DNA from: a virus
Strand: one strand, 5' to 3'
Virus record (IMG/VR): IMGVR_UViG_3300014348_000043
Coordinates: 1-60,311 of that record
DNA length: 60,311 bases
How positions within the stretch are numbered: position 1 is the first letter of the stretch; each line of letters begins with the position of its first letter. Of the stretch, positions 58,920-60,311 are shown piece after piece. The notes under the pieces were generated by a model. The model was given only the letters and a program-made list of their open reading frames with translations. It did no database searches and had not been told where the DNA came from. The translations under genes and the position numbers were made by a program.

Positions 58920-59361
58920 AAATCTGGCAATTGAGTGGCTTCTTAGAAACCAAAAAATTTTAACAAAAATGCTCGAGAGTTCTCCTGAGCTTGCGAGATC
59001 TGAACTCGAAGTATTTTTTGAGATTGTAAATGAGGCCGGGTCTGCCAAGCTCCACAACAGCACGGGGAATAGCCCCACGGAAATTTTTGTTGTTGGGTTT
59101 ACCCGAAGCGTCTGGACCAATGAAAAAGTTCTTCAAAACTATTTGTCGGAAGCTCTTAAAAGATACGCGCACACCCCAAAAGGGAAAGAGTATTTCCACG
59201 GCACTCGAATGCCCGCTTTCAAAATAAAACATGTCCTGTCTGAGAGTCCAAAAAAGGAAGACCAAATCAGAGAGACTGTCCAAGTAATTAACCGGGTAAG
59301 ATCTGGGCTTGACGAGTTCTATGATTTTGTCGGAGCTAAAATTTTCAACAATTTATTTTGA
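58909..59361 (+). CDS. Hypothetical protein (150 aa)
   Basis: Plus-strand ORF overlapping the upstream stop by 11 nt. Confidence 0.65.
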   Translation: MLNENLAIEWLLRNQKILTKMLESSPELARSELEVFFEIVNEAGSAKLHNSTGNSPTEIFVVGFTRSVWTNEKVLQNYLSEALKRYAHTPKGKEYFHGTRMPAFKIKHVLSESPKKEDQIRETVQVINRVRSGLDEFYDFVGAKIFNNLF

Positions 59362-59368
59362 GGACTGG

Positions 59369-59581
59369 ATGAGCTTTGCAAAAGTTCGAAAAGTTATTTT
59401 GTCCTGTAAAACTCTGGCCCATATTCGGGCCGCTGAGAAGTACATGAATTTGTATTTTCAAAGAACGGACGTGAGGGACTGGAGACTTCGTAGCTGTCAG
59501 AGAAGTTTCCTACTCGCAGAATTAGCGTATAGACAGGAAGCTATCACAGACGAAGAACGATTTATTTACTACCATCGTTAG
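59369..59581 (+). CDS. Hypothetical protein (70 aa)
   Basis: ATG 59369 has GAGGA 4 nt upstream. The ORF-track start is 59309. Confidence 0.55.
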   Translation: MSFAKVRKVILSCKTLAHIRAAEKYMNLYFQRTDVRDWRLRSCQRSFLLAELAYRQEAITDEERFIYYHR

Positions 59582-59798
59582 GGGTCTCGTAGGTGTGGGC
59601 AACTCCGAGGATGTGAGTGAGGCGGCACTTGATGCAGACTTTCACAACTGTCAGGCTTTTTCCTTTTTCTGTTTGAACCGGGAGAAAGCTCGAAGGGTAT
59701 CGCCAAGAGTGAAACCCAAGACGACAAAGGATTCCTCGCTTTGTGTTTTCGTTGTGTTTTAGTAGACCCTCATAGGTCACTACTTTTTTCTTTTCCAT
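59562..59798 (-). CDS. Small Cys-containing protein (78 aa)
   Basis: ATG 59798 has AAGGAAG upstream. Contains CRLGFHSW...CIKCRLTH. It is the last gene of the long minus-strand unit and converges with the plus-strand cassette. Confidence 0.55.
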   Translation of the reverse strand: MEKKKVVTYEGLLKHNENTKRGILCRLGFHSWRYPSSFLPVQTEKGKSLTVVKVCIKCRLTHILGVAHTYETPNDGSK

Positions 59799-60069
59799 GA
59801 GGCTTCCTTTCTCGGCAAACAACAGTGCCGTCTTGGTTTCTAGTGAACTCAACTTCCAGTAAAGTAGCGCCGGATTCTACACATCTATTCCAATAAGATG
59901 AGCAAAAAATAATATTGTGAGACATCCAGGTCTCTGTTTTCTCTATAGCGATTAGTCTTGAATCGTGTGGGAGAAGTTCCAAAAGCGCAATAAGATCTTT
60001 AACTGGAATCCCTGCGACTCCCTCCATGCGGACAAACTTTCTTTTCTCTAAAAAATCCAAATCAATCAT
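59770..60069 (-). CDS. Hypothetical protein (99 aa)
   Basis: ATG 60069 overlaps the upstream gene end by 8 nt. Confidence 0.6.
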   Translation of the reverse strand: MIDLDFLEKRKFVRMEGVAGIPVKDLIALLELLPHDSRLIAIEKTETWMSHNIIFCSSYWNRCVESGATLLEVEFTRNQDGTVVCRERKPHGKEKSSDL

Positions 60070-60271
60070 ATCTGGCCTCAATTTCTCGTTTTAGTTTTGC
60101 ATTTTCTTCTTCAAGCTTTTTTATCTTTTGCGACAAAATAACATAGGCGGCGATGAATCCAATTTCTGCCCCATCCTCGGGAGTTTCTGGGACAATGTCA
60201 AACACCCTTCCTTTTTGGCAGAGGGCCTCTCGCACCATTCTTTTCAGTGTTTCTAGGGTTTCTTTATCCAT
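60062..60271 (-). CDS. Small coiled-coil protein (69 aa), spans the terminal repeat
   Basis: ATG 60271 has GAGGAG upstream. The C-terminus is a heptad-like stretch (KIKKLEEENAKLKREIEA). Its first 58 codons are duplicated at 1..174. Confidence 0.7.
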   Translation of the reverse strand: MDKETLETLKRMVREALCQKGRVFDIVPETPEDGAEIGFIAAYVILSQKIKKLEEENAKLKREIEARYD

Positions 60272-60311
60272 GTCTCCTCAATTTCCATCCGTTGTATGTT
60301 TTATAGAAAAC
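60098..60311. repeat. Direct terminal repeat, right copy
   Basis: Identical to 1-214. Confidence 0.95.

Overview
The window is one complete tailed dsDNA phage genome. Bases 1-214 recur exactly at 60098-60311, a direct terminal repeat, so the unit length is 60,097 bp and the map can be read as circular.

Almost every gene is on the minus strand and packed tightly. Start and stop codons often overlap as ATGA or GTGA.

Reading the minus strand from high to low coordinates:
- a MoxR-type AAA ATPase / DUF3150-like / vWA-HExxH cassette (58484-55445)
- an operator-dense module with a 486-aa orphan protein and two ORFs of about 58 aa that look DNA-binding (54501-52645)
- five tandem paralogous small genes (52095-50658)
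- an iteron-rich, AT-rich region that looks like an origin (50405-49984)
- an SF3 (P4/D5-like) helicase
- the small terminase, then the large terminase interrupted by a 354-aa LAGLIDADG intein
- ClpP-like prohead protease, HK97-type major capsid protein and portal, in an unusual order
- a block of fibre-like, collagen-like and repeat proteins
- neck proteins, major tail protein, and the G/GT chaperone pair with a canonical GGGAAAC -1 frameshift site
- tape measure and lambda-like M/L/K/I-J tail tip genes
- a tail fibre, an HNH cassette bounded by 30-bp direct repeats, and two proteins with Sec signal peptides
- holin-like and membrane genes
- a replication/recombination block: family A DNA polymerase, SSB-like protein, RecE-like nuclease, acidic protein, SNF2 helicase, multidomain lysin, ATP-dependent ligase, MazG
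- about 20 small accessory genes that run across the terminal repeat

Only five genes lie on the plus strand: one HNH gene, a 124-aa coiled-coil ORF, and a three-gene cassette at 58662-59581.

I saw no integrase, tRNA gene or CRISPR array.

The most interesting unexplained items are:
- a 340-nt non-coding island at 3620-3959 that looks highly structured
- the five-member paralog array together with the neighbouring TGAGA/TCTCA operator module
- a UUUAAAC site that could fuse a zinc-ribbon ORF to an HNH nuclease
- the terminase intein
- the HNH insertion that duplicates the fibre gene's 3' end

All functional calls come from motif recognition by eye. No database search was run.
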